A stretch of DNA of 47,040 nucleotides from an uncultured Planctomycetota bacterium. Lineage in GTDB: Bacteria > JAJVIF01 > JAPKYR01 > CAZSPL01. Shown here piece by piece: positions 26,101-34,898 of this stretch. Position numbers and translations under genes: made by a program. Position 1 is the first letter of the stretch; each line of letters opens with the position of its first letter. The notes under the pieces are model-generated. The model did not search any database. It was not told the DNA's origin and saw nothing but the letters and a program-made list of their open reading frames with translations. The stretch spans positions 1-47,040 of the forward strand of contig CAZSPL010000006.1 in assembly GCA_964608735.1 (NCBI GenBank), written 5' to 3'.

Positions 26101-28365
26101 ATGCAAAAAATCAACTTTCTCTGTGTAACAGCTATTGCTGCAGTAGCTGTTTCCATCATAACCGGATGCTCCTCCACCAACCCAGCCTCTCCCGCAACCC
26201 CGGGTGAATCTGCCCGCGATGCATCCTCTACAACACATCAGCTATGGGGATTGTATGAAATAACCGTCGATTTCAACACCCGCGAAGCGGAAGTCGTGCC
26301 GCTGCGACAGGCGTCGCTTCGTCTCAACGCACTCCCCTTCCTCGAACCCCCGGCGATGACCGACCTCTATGTCACGAACGTCTCCTACACCGACCCGACG
26401 CCGATGACGCCGGGATTCCTGTTCGCGGATGTCCACATCACCAACCCGTATCTCGGCGCGACCGAGTACACCGGATTCGATGTGAAGGGCATCGTGTTCG
26501 GGCACGAGATAATCAACTACGACGGTATCACCCGCTGGTGGAACCCGGTCGAATTCACCGGCACCGGGATAATGGGATTCAAGAAAGGGTTGCTCGGCTA
26601 CTCGGACACCGGGTACTTCACCGATATATACAACGACTATAAATATTTCAGCTATGGGCTTTCGCTCAATGATAGTTTGTCGGACCCCGGGGTCATCGGC
26701 AATGTCATCGCCAGCCGCGGGCATTTTCCCGTTGGCGCGACCATCTCGCGTCACTACGAGATGATTTACGGCTATTCATCGTATGAGCTGCTGCGTTTTC
26801 AGTACGCGGTGGATGCATCGTGGCAGATGCCCACCGGCGAGCCGCCGTATACGCCGGATGAATTCCCGCCGGGGGCCAACCAGGCGGAGGCGTGGAATGT
26901 CACCACGACGGTGGTCGAGAATACGCTGAACTGGTATGACGATGAGGGTACAGGGGATTTGATTGTCGATATCGCAGTGTATGACTGGCAGGGATTCGGC
27001 GATACGACCGTCTCGTTCTCGTGCGATGAAATCGGCGTATTCAGTCCCATATATAATTCAATCCCGAAATCAATTCTCGGCGATTACGCGATATACCGAT
27101 TCGAAATCTACGATGCCACACCCAACTACTGGGGCAACCTTCCGCTGACGATATCCGTCGAAAGCTCCGACAAAGTATACGGGCAGGGGAATCCATGGGG
27201 CGTTTATCCGACCGGCTATGTCACATCGCGGTGGCGCATGGAAGTACCGGTGCTGAGCCATCCGCCGAGCCAGACCGACTGCGAAGGCACACTGCATGCG
27301 AAGGATCCGCTTGGCCAGGCGTGGACGGTGGGTCTTACGCTCGATGAAGAAGGCTCCTCGCCGGTGTGGGATATGGCATACGAGTACCAGGGCGCGCAGG
27401 CGGGATATGTCATTTACCCATATCACAAGGCCGGGGAGAATGACAATAAAGTCACCGCGCTGAAATATTTCGATTCGGATAAGCCGATATCCAACGCGGA
27501 GCAGGGGACATTCTATGAAATCCCGCCGGATGAATATTGCGACTTCGTGTGGTCGATAGACTGCGACCCGAACGACGGCCGCGTCATTTATGTGGGAAGC
27601 AACAAGCCGAGCACATTTATTGCGATAGACTCCACCAGCAACAAGCTCGCGGAAGTCGACCTCGGCGACCAGATAATCGCCATACAGGCGCTGTGTATCG
27701 ATGACATGAGCAACTTGTGGCTGCTTTCGCTTCGCACGACGATGTTCGAGCCGTCATATGAGCTGCGGTCATACGCGCAGGTGGACGGCCCGCCGTTTTA
27801 CGTGCAGACGACATACACCGATATCAGCCCGTATCAGCCGTTCTCGCTGTTGTCGTTCATCTATGACATGGACTACAACTACCAGTCGAAACGATTGTAT
27901 ATATTCGACATGGACGGCGGCACATCGGATACCGGAGCCATACAGGTGTTCGATATAAACACGAGCGGCATTCCGCAGCATAATGCGAACATAAGCAAGG
28001 AAGGCATCTTCCCGTTTCCCGTCGACCTGCTTCCCGAGGGGCCGGACGGGCGGCACCACTGGTATTATCACGTCGCATGGGGCGGGGATATTTTCATCGA
28101 CCATTCGGCTGGTGATAACGAGCGGTGCCGCATCACGACGATGGCCTGCATCGACGACGATTCATCCGACGGCCCGACCCTCGTTCACTGGACATTATGG
28201 GATGAAGACCTGCAGGTGGTCGACGAATACAACGATTTATACGACCCGACGCTCGGGAGCAAGTGCTGGGATACATTCGCGGTGAATCCGGATGAGAATG
28301 CCAACATCGCGGCGATGTTCACTACGGCGAGCTGGGAGTACGCCCCCGCGCCGGCGGGGTGGTAG
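26101..28365 (+). CDS. Large lipoprotein: conserved uncharacterised N-terminal module plus C-terminal propeller-like region
   Basis: MQKINFLCVTAIAAVAVSIITGC lipobox (start 26101; the track start 26065 is possible). The N-terminal roughly 260 aa are homologous to the N-terminus of the gene at 45037. The C-terminal part has blade-like repeats (RVIYVGSNKPSTFIAIDSTSNK, KRLYIFDMDGG). Confidence 0.75.
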   Translation: MQKINFLCVTAIAAVAVSIITGCSSTNPASPATPGESARDASSTTHQLWGLYEITVDFNTREAEVVPLRQASLRLNALPFLEPPAMTDLYVTNVSYTDPTPMTPGFLFADVHITNPYLGATEYTGFDVKGIVFGHEIINYDGITRWWNPVEFTGTGIMGFKKGLLGYSDTGYFTDIYNDYKYFSYGLSLNDSLSDPGVIGNVIASRGHFPVGATISRHYEMIYGYSSYELLRFQYAVDASWQMPTGEPPYTPDEFPPGANQAEAWNVTTTVVENTLNWYDDEGTGDLIVDIAVYDWQGFGDTTVSFSCDEIGVFSPIYNSIPKSILGDYAIYRFEIYDATPNYWGNLPLTISVESSDKVYGQGNPWGVYPTGYVTSRWRMEVPVLSHPPSQTDCEGTLHAKDPLGQAWTVGLTLDEEGSSPVWDMAYEYQGAQAGYVIYPYHKAGENDNKVTALKYFDSDKPISNAEQGTFYEIPPDEYCDFVWSIDCDPNDGRVIYVGSNKPSTFIAIDSTSNKLAEVDLGDQIIAIQALCIDDMSNLWLLSLRTTMFEPSYELRSYAQVDGPPFYVQTTYTDISPYQPFSLLSFIYDMDYNYQSKRLYIFDMDGGTSDTGAIQVFDINTSGIPQHNANISKEGIFPFPVDLLPEGPDGRHHWYYHVAWGGDIFIDHSAGDNERCRITTMACIDDDSSDGPTLVHWTLWDEDLQVVDEYNDLYDPTLGSKCWDTFAVNPDENANIAAMFTTASWEYAPAPAGW

Positions 28366-28423
28366 TGATGTAGGTATGCATGCGGGCTGGCAGCCCGCGG
28401 TCCCAGGGGGAGGAAGACGGGTT

Positions 28424-29434
28424 ATGTTTTTTCCGGCGATAAGAAAAGGCAGATACTGCTATATCAATGAAAAGGGCGAAATCGCAATCGACCGCCTGTT
28501 CGATCACGCCGAGTTCTTCTCCGACGGCGTCGCGCGCATCTGGAATAATCGCAATTACGGTTATATCGATGAGTCCGGCAAGAATGTCATTGCGCCGAAA
28601 TACGAACGAGCCCTCGATTTTTCGGGAAGCCGTGCTGGAGTCATTTCCGGCGAACGGTGGGGTTACATCGACAAAAGCGACAGGATGGTAATCGAGCCAA
28701 GGTTCGACAACGTGGGGAGTTTCTCGGAGGGGCTTGCGCCGGTGCGCGTGGAAAACGGGTCCTGCGGATATATAGACCGCGCGGGCGGATGGGTTATCGA
28801 AGCGAAATACGAGGAGGCATACCGTTTCGTGCTCGGGCTGGGCCTGGTCAAGCGCGGGCGTCAATACGGTTTCATAAATACAGGCGGCGATGAGGTGATC
28901 GGCATGGGGTATCACATGGCATGGCCGCATCGCGAAGGCTTAGCCCTTGTCGAGGTCGGGGGGAAATGGGGATACATCGACCTCAATGGGGAATTCCAGA
29001 TTAAGCCGCGGTTCGAGTTCGCGAAGCAGTTCAACGAGGGGCTCGCGCCGGTGAAGATCGACACGAAATACGGTTTCATCGACAACTCGGGGAATGTTGT
29101 CATCGAGCCGAGATTCAGCGATGTAGCGGAGTTTTCCGAAGGCCTCGCTGCATTCGAGGAGAACCGCATGTGGGGATTCATCGACCGGTTCGGCAACGTC
29201 GCCCTCAAGCCCCGCTACGACATGGTTGCGCCGTTCATTGAAGGATTGGCGGCCGTAATGGTGGGCATCGAGCACGGGTATATCAACAAGTGGGCGGAGT
29301 ATGTGTGGGTGCCGGTGGCGCTTTCGCGGGAGCTGCGGATTAAAACCGACATGGAGATATTGTACGGATTCCGCTGGTGGAAATTCGACGACGGCGGCGG
29401 GAAGCGGTTGTCAGCGTGGCAGCGGGAGAATTGA
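28424..29434 (+). CDS. WG-repeat (KWG-type) containing protein
   Basis: Start at ATG 28424 after GGAGGA; the track start 28292 is GC-rich read-through. There are about 9 tandem repeats of [WY]G[YF]I[DN]..G..VI.P.[FY]..A..F.EGLA.V. Confidence 0.85.
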   Translation: MFFPAIRKGRYCYINEKGEIAIDRLFDHAEFFSDGVARIWNNRNYGYIDESGKNVIAPKYERALDFSGSRAGVISGERWGYIDKSDRMVIEPRFDNVGSFSEGLAPVRVENGSCGYIDRAGGWVIEAKYEEAYRFVLGLGLVKRGRQYGFINTGGDEVIGMGYHMAWPHREGLALVEVGGKWGYIDLNGEFQIKPRFEFAKQFNEGLAPVKIDTKYGFIDNSGNVVIEPRFSDVAEFSEGLAAFEENRMWGFIDRFGNVALKPRYDMVAPFIEGLAAVMVGIEHGYINKWAEYVWVPVALSRELRIKTDMEILYGFRWWKFDDGGGKRLSAWQREN

Positions 29435-29490
29435 GCGGGCGGGACGTCCGCTTCCCGCAGAAGAGCGGGGGAAGAATAGTAAGCGCGATA

Positions 29491-30375
29491 TTACGATTTA
29501 TTTTTCAGCGTGTTATAAAATTCAAATGCGTCTTTCGGTTTTGCGTTTTCGTGGACGACCTTCCGCACCGCTTGAATCATCGCGACCGGGTCGTCTGCCT
29601 GGAAGATGTTGCGTCCCATGTCCACCCCGGCGGCGCCTTCGTTGATCGCGCGGTACGCCATGGTGAGCGCGTCAAGCTCGGGAATCTTCTTCCCACCCGC
29701 GATGACGATGGGCACCGGGCATCCGGCGGTGACGGTCTCGAATCCATCCTCGACATAATAGGTCTTCAGATATGTCGCGCCGAGTTCGGCGCACATGCGG
29801 GTTGCGAGGCGCATGTATTTCGCATCGCGCGTCATCTGCTTGCCGACAGCCGTGACCGCGAGCGTCGCGATGCCGACCGAATTTCCCATGTCGACGAGCT
29901 GCGTCATATTGTTGACCGACTGTGTTTCATATTCACTGCCGATGAAAACCTGCACCGCCATCGCGGCGGCATTGAGGCGGATGGCTTCATCGATATCGAG
30001 CGCGATGTGTTCGTTGGAGATGTCGTCCTGGAGGATACTCGGCCCGCCGCTGGCGCGCAGCACGATGCCGCGCGTGTATGTCGGCGGGATTATCGAGCGC
30101 AGGATGCCGCGCGTGAGCATCAGCGTGTCGGCATACGGGATGAGCGGGAGGATGGTGACGTCGATACGTTCGAGTCCCGTGGTGGGGCCCTGAAAATAGC
30201 CGTGGTCGAACGCGAGCATCACGGTGCGTCCGCTCGCGGGGTTGAAGATGTTCGACATGCGGTTCTTCAGTCCCCAGTCGACGTTGTTCAGTCCCTTGAG
30301 GAAGAAGGATTCGCTCTTCGCGGGGATGTCGGTGTAGAAATTTTTCTCTTCCCGGGCGCCGTCGATATCTGCCAT
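29491..30375 (-). CDS. lsrF: LsrF-type class I aldolase family protein (3-hydroxy-5-phosphonooxypentane-2,4-dione thiolase-like; DhnA/FbaB superfamily)
   Basis: AAGGAGG RBS. Aligns end to end with my recollection of E. coli LsrF, with long identical blocks: [75 protein letters not shown]. Confidence 0.88.
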   Translation of the reverse strand: MADIDGAREEKNFYTDIPAKSESFFLKGLNNVDWGLKNRMSNIFNPASGRTVMLAFDHGYFQGPTTGLERIDVTILPLIPYADTLMLTRGILRSIIPPTYTRGIVLRASGGPSILQDDISNEHIALDIDEAIRLNAAAMAVQVFIGSEYETQSVNNMTQLVDMGNSVGIATLAVTAVGKQMTRDAKYMRLATRMCAELGATYLKTYYVEDGFETVTAGCPVPIVIAGGKKIPELDALTMAYRAINEGAAGVDMGRNIFQADDPVAMIQAVRKVVHENAKPKDAFEFYNTLKNKS

Positions 30376-30425
30376 GGTACGGTCCTCCTTGCGGCGATGA
30401 TGCAGGGGGGATATTGTACCACAGG

Positions 30426-30515
30426 AAAAAAGTAGGGACAGTCACCTGTTTCGCTCATTGCACTACGGGTTATCGTATATCTTCGTGCGAAACAGGTGAC
30501 TGTCCCTACTTTTTT
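30426..30515. repeat. Perfect 28-bp inverted repeat, the reference copy of a terminator-like palindromic repeat family
   Basis: AAAAAGTAGGGACAGTCACCTGTTTCGC (30426/7-30454) pairs with GCGAAACAGGTGACTGTCCCTACTTTTT (30487-30515) across a 32-nt loop. It is A-tract/U-tract flanked, so it could terminate in either orientation. It sits 1 nt from the stop codon (30517) of the 690-aa gene. Confidence 0.85.
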
Positions 30516-30516
30516 C

Positions 30517-32544
30517 TTACCACAATCCGTTGTCGAGCAATTTCATCAGGAAGGCATCCTCTTCGCCGTTTGAAATGAATTCCGAAATACCCTCGCCGTT
30601 GTCGAGGTCGATTTCGTTGGTGAATGTCCCGACGAAGAAAATTTCGCCCCGCGCGTTCAATGCGATATCCCCGGCGAAATCATCCCCATCGCCGCCCCAT
30701 GTTTCCATCCACAGGTGATTGCCGAGCGGGTCGAACCTTGTGAGGAAGATATCACTCGCGCCGTTGGATGTGTACATTTCGGTATCCGGGCCCGTGTCCA
30801 GATCGACTTCATCTTGAAAACGGCCCGATGTGTAAAGGTCCCCGCTGCTGTCGACCGCCATGAAATGAGCTGAAAGAATATCGGTACCCATCTCCGAATT
30901 GAACCAGATGCGGGTCCATTGATAATGCCCGTCCGAGTCGTAGCGGCATATGTACGGGCTGTCGAAGAAACCCGAGGTATAGATGTCCTCGCCGGGACCG
31001 GGGTCGAAATCGGCGTCATACATGAATGAACCCGCGACATAGACATCGCCGGATGAGCCGGCCGCGACATTCATTCCCCATGCATTGCCGGTGTCGCCCC
31101 AATTTACGCCCCACATGTAATCGCCGTCGAGATCGAATTTGCTGAGGTACGCATTGCCGTCGTAGCTTTGGCATGTGTGTTCATCGACGCCCGCACCGGG
31201 ATCAAGGTCGACCGTTTTATTGAGTGCTCCCGTAATGTAAATGTATGCGGAGCCGTCATACGCCGCCGTCCTTGTGTTGGTATGAGCGTTTGTGCCTCCC
31301 CATGTGAGCGTCCAGATTTGTCCGCCGCCGGGATCGAATTTGCTCAGGAAGGCGTCCTCAAAACCGATGGGTGCCCGCTCATCGACACCGGGACCCGGAT
31401 CGAGGTCGATGGCGCCGTAATAGGTGCCGCATAAGTAAAGGTCGTCGGCGCCGTCCGTGCAAAGGCCGTACGCGACATCCTGCATGCTGTTTCCCCATAC
31501 CAGTACCCGTTGATAGTTACCGGAGCTGTCGTATTTGCAGACATAGCCATCGCCCCATGTACCTTCCTGCGTGTACGAGTCCACGCCGGGGCCGGGGTCG
31601 AAATCGACCGTGCCGATGAACTGGCCGCCTATGTAGACATCGCCCATGGAATCGACGGCGATTGCGTTCACCGGCGTACGTCCACCGCCCCATGTGCGAG
31701 CCCAGAGGAAATTCCCTTCGCCGTCGAACTTGCTGATGAACGAGTCGTATTCTCCCTGGACCGTGTGCTCATCGATGCCGGGACCGGGATCAAAATCGGT
31801 CATTGAGGTGAATATTCCCGCCACGTAGATATTGCCGGTGCCGTCGGTCGCGACGCAGTCCGGGAAATCCGAGCCCTCCCCACCCCATGTGACGGCCCAT
31901 CCGGGAAGGATGATATTCTCGATGATGATATCTTTCGTCTTCTCGACAGGGCCGTAGTTGTCGGATGTCACCACGGCCTTTATTTCCACCGGCGTATCGG
32001 CATTGACTTCGCCCGCGGTAAAAAGAGTGGCGGGCGATGCGGGGCTTTCAAACAATCCCGCGCCGGGAGGACTGCATTGCCACTCGTAAACAATGCCGCT
32101 GTCGCCCTCAGCCGATACGCCGAACTCACCCGATGTGTTCTCTTCGAGCGCATCCGGGCCGTCGATGTCGCTTACCGCGAGAAGCGAAGTATCGATTATC
32201 CTGACATCCCGGGTTTTGATTACGGGCTCGAATTCATTTGCCGAAACGACGACTCTTAGTTGTATGGGGGTATCGGAAGTCACCGTTCCCGCCGTAAAGA
32301 TTGTCTTCGCTCTGTCGGGATTCTTGAATCGCCCGGCGGAAGGCGGATTGACGGTCCAGAAGTATCCGACATCCGTGCCGGTGACGGGATGGATAAAATA
32401 GGTCACGCTGGAATACTCATCGATTTCGGCGGGGCCTTCGATGGCGCCGACGACGGGGATTTTGCCCCCGTCGCATGCCCACAAGCCCGCGCAAGGGAGC
32501 AGTATGGCCAGGGACAGTAGCAGCAGCCTTGATACCCTACACAT
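30517..32544 (-). CDS. SBBP-type seven-bladed beta-propeller lipoprotein with two N-terminal Ig/PKD-like domains
   Basis: Start at ATG 32544, with GGAGG 6 nt upstream. MCRVSRLLLLSLAILLPCAGLWAC lipobox. Two roughly 95-aa repeats (GP-E-DE..., ...TAG-V--DTP-----VV-S-----V-KT-D--I). Then seven repeats of W..TWGG...D....A.D..G..Y..G.F....DFDPGPG.DE.T..G..D.F..K.D..G. Confidence 0.8.
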   Translation of the reverse strand: MCRVSRLLLLSLAILLPCAGLWACDGGKIPVVGAIEGPAEIDEYSSVTYFIHPVTGTDVGYFWTVNPPSAGRFKNPDRAKTIFTAGTVTSDTPIQLRVVVSANEFEPVIKTRDVRIIDTSLLAVSDIDGPDALEENTSGEFGVSAEGDSGIVYEWQCSPPGAGLFESPASPATLFTAGEVNADTPVEIKAVVTSDNYGPVEKTKDIIIENIILPGWAVTWGGEGSDFPDCVATDGTGNIYVAGIFTSMTDFDPGPGIDEHTVQGEYDSFISKFDGEGNFLWARTWGGGRTPVNAIAVDSMGDVYIGGQFIGTVDFDPGPGVDSYTQEGTWGDGYVCKYDSSGNYQRVLVWGNSMQDVAYGLCTDGADDLYLCGTYYGAIDLDPGPGVDERAPIGFEDAFLSKFDPGGGQIWTLTWGGTNAHTNTRTAAYDGSAYIYITGALNKTVDLDPGAGVDEHTCQSYDGNAYLSKFDLDGDYMWGVNWGDTGNAWGMNVAAGSSGDVYVAGSFMYDADFDPGPGEDIYTSGFFDSPYICRYDSDGHYQWTRIWFNSEMGTDILSAHFMAVDSSGDLYTSGRFQDEVDLDTGPDTEMYTSNGASDIFLTRFDPLGNHLWMETWGGDGDDFAGDIALNARGEIFFVGTFTNEIDLDNGEGISEFISNGEEDAFLMKLLDNGLW

Positions 32545-32593
32545 AACCAGCCTCCGGAATTCGAGTACTTCAAATATACCACCAAACAAACCG

Positions 32594-32650
32594 AAAAGCA
32601 GGGAGTTGCGAACGACGCCTTAAGAACACTCGGTGACTGTCCCTACTTTT
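32594..32650. repeat. Degenerate copy of the palindromic repeat family
   Basis: The right arm CGGTGACTGTCCCTACTTTT (32631-32650) matches the reference arm, and the stop codon CTA (32643-32645) of the 492-aa gene lies inside it. The left arm is reduced to AAAAGCAGGGA (32594-32604). Confidence 0.5.
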
Positions 32651-34121
32651 CCGGGAACTTCAGAAGGAATGCATCGGGTACGGGAGGCGACCATTCAGGG
32701 TTTCTCGGGCTTTCCCATATGGGCTTGTCGATAATCTGGACAATACCCGTCGCATAGATGTTGTTCGTTGAATCGAGCGCGATGTCGAACGCCGCTTCGT
32801 TCCTGTTCCCAATCCACTGCCCCGCCCAGAGGAATTCACCGGCGGGATTGAATTTGCTGATGACGACATCGAGGTCGGTATCGAGACGATATTCGCCATC
32901 GCCGGGATCGAGGTCGACCACTCCCCGCGCGGAGGTGCAGGCATAGACATTGCCCAGGGCGTCGACGGCAAGCGCGCGCGCTTCGATAAAATCATCCCCT
33001 CCCCAGCTCAGGGTGCGGATATAATTGCCCTCTGAGTCGCGGCATGTGAGGTATACGCTCTTTATCCCGCTGCTGTAGTGAATATCCATCTCGCCGCCGA
33101 TGTTGAAATCGATCGGGTCCTTGAACGAGCCGATGACGTATACACGACCGTCGCCCGACACGGCGACGTCCGCGCTCAACTCGTCGCCGTATCCGCCCCA
33201 CGTGCGCCCCCATTCGTATTCGCCGTCCGAATCGAGCTTGACGAGGAATACATCGCTCTTCGCGAATGATGTGTGCGCGTCGGTGCCCGCGCCGGGGTCG
33301 AGGTCGATTGTCGGCGATGAAAAATTACCGGTTACATAAACTCCGCCCGACTTATCCACGGCGATTTTCCTTGGATAATCGGCCCAATCGCCGCCGAACG
33401 ACCGTCCCCACAGGTAGCCGCCGTCCGATGCGAGTTTCAATATGAATATATCGGCGGTGCCGTTGGAGGTGTGTTCGTCGACGCCGTCCGATGGGTCGAG
33501 GTCGATCGTATCCTCGAAACTCCCGGTGATGCGTATCTCGCCGGAAGCATCGACATCCACCGCGAGGCCGTTATCATATCCCGGAGTTCCCCAAGTGTAT
33601 GCCCATTGGAAGATCCCGTCGCCATCGAATTTGGACAGGAATATATCGGTCTGTCCCGACGCGGAGACTTCGAAGGAGCCTTCGCCGGGGTCGAAATCGA
33701 CGAGGCTGGAGAAATTGCCGACGACATATACGCCGCCTTCATCATCGACGGCGACATCATAGCCGCTGTCGCCGAGCCAGTACCCCTCGCCGCCCCAGGT
33801 TCGCGCCCATTGGTAGTTGCCGCCTGAATCGAATTTGCTGAGGTACGAGTCGCTGCCGTCATTTTCCGAGGTTGCATGTATGTCCTCGCCATCGGACGGG
33901 TCGAAATCGGTTTCGCCCGAGAAGTCGCCGGTGACGTAAACGTTTCCGCTGTCGTCGATTGCAAGCTCGATGCCCTCGTCGTACCCGCTATCGCCCCAGA
34001 TCTTCACCCAGTCCTGTGTAACCGCGGGAAACATGTAATCGCTTGTGGAGCATCCAGTTGAAACCGCGAAGAGAAGGAGAACGATCGCCGGGAGGATGAA
34101 GAGTCGTTTGAACATTCGCAT
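32643..34121 (-). CDS. SBBP-type beta-propeller lipoprotein
   Basis: AAGGAG RBS and MRMFKRLFILPAIVLLLFAVSTGC lipobox. Six to seven blades carry the same W.R.[WF]GG / D[FL]DP.[DP]G.D.H.S / D.FL.K.D..G pattern. Confidence 0.85.
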   Translation of the reverse strand: MRMFKRLFILPAIVLLLFAVSTGCSTSDYMFPAVTQDWVKIWGDSGYDEGIELAIDDSGNVYVTGDFSGETDFDPSDGEDIHATSENDGSDSYLSKFDSGGNYQWARTWGGEGYWLGDSGYDVAVDDEGGVYVVGNFSSLVDFDPGEGSFEVSASGQTDIFLSKFDGDGIFQWAYTWGTPGYDNGLAVDVDASGEIRITGSFEDTIDLDPSDGVDEHTSNGTADIFILKLASDGGYLWGRSFGGDWADYPRKIAVDKSGGVYVTGNFSSPTIDLDPGAGTDAHTSFAKSDVFLVKLDSDGEYEWGRTWGGYGDELSADVAVSGDGRVYVIGSFKDPIDFNIGGEMDIHYSSGIKSVYLTCRDSEGNYIRTLSWGGDDFIEARALAVDALGNVYACTSARGVVDLDPGDGEYRLDTDLDVVISKFNPAGEFLWAGQWIGNRNEAAFDIALDSTNNIYATGIVQIIDKPIWESPRNPEWSPPVPDAFLLKFPEK

Positions 34122-34300
34122 TTGATTCTCCTTCCGCGAGGATGAGCATATCCTATAAATATATCACCGGAGCGGGTTTCGTGAGGGGGCAGATTAAATA
34201 TAGCATATGTGTAGGGGATGTGCCATTCCGGATAGGAGGAAGGCACGCCCATTCTCGAAGACTCGAATTGGGCGTGGCACCCGGGCTGGTAATCCGGTTC

Positions 34301-34753
34301 TCAGGGAACCGGCACATCGAGTATTGTTATCTTCTTTTTCACAACCACCGGTTCGAACTCGTCTGAGGTGACTATAGCAGTAATGATGACCCCGGTGTCT
34401 TCCGTGACTTCATGCGCAGAAAATGATCTCCAGCAGGGGTCCGTGTCTATGCTTTCTCCAGACGGGAATCCGCCTGCAGACGAGAATCCACCGCCCGAGA
34501 AACTGTTTGATGCGAACCACTCTGAAAAGGATTCGAGAGTGCCCGCCCACTGAGGCTCGCACGACCAGGTGCATTGAATATTAGTGCCGGATACCTGGAC
34601 TTCATAAAACTTGAAACTCCCCTCATTAATCTTGTCCGGGCCGGAAATATCGCTCACGAACGGAGTAAGCCCGCCCGCGGAGCATCCAAGCGCGAAACTC
34701 ATCATAACGAAAACGAATCCCGCAATGATGATACCGGTAGTTTTTTTAATCAT
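34301..34753 (-). CDS. Small lipoprotein consisting of one Ig/PKD-like domain, related to the N-terminal repeats of 30517..32544
   Basis: Start at ATG 34753 after GGAGG. MIKKTTGIIIAGFVFVMMSFALGC lipobox. VSDISGPDKINEGS...C-W-C-P-WAG...EDTGVIITAIVTSDEFEPVVVKKKITILD parallels VSDIDGPDALEENTS...YEWQCSPPGAG...ADTPVEIKAVVTSDNYGPVEKTKDIIIEN. Confidence 0.65.
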   Translation of the reverse strand: MIKKTTGIIIAGFVFVMMSFALGCSAGGLTPFVSDISGPDKINEGSFKFYEVQVSGTNIQCTWSCEPQWAGTLESFSEWFASNSFSGGGFSSAGGFPSGESIDTDPCWRSFSAHEVTEDTGVIITAIVTSDEFEPVVVKKKITILDVPVP

Positions 34754-34871
34754 TATCGCCTCCCCAGCGAAGTTAAATGAAGTATAGAATTGAAGCTCAC
34801 TGACGGCAATCATCGGGTGGTAAAGATGATGTCAGTCTTATGTTGCGGGATTCGCAGTCCCTTTAACAGGA

Positions 34872-34898
34872 AGACAGGTGAATGTCCCTGCTTTTTTT
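34872..34898. repeat. Degenerate half-copy of the palindromic repeat family
   Basis: AGACAGGTGAATGTCCCTGCTTTTTTT compares with the reference AACAGGTGACTGTCCCTACTTTTTT. It overlaps the stop codon (34897-34899) of the DUF1847-like gene. Confidence 0.45.

Noticed and set aside
34241-34282. Hairpin CACGCCCA...TGGGCGTG downstream of the small lipoprotein gene, as a terminator
   Set aside because: The stem is interrupted and no U-tract follows on the minus strand. I could not distinguish it from a chance GC-rich palindrome.
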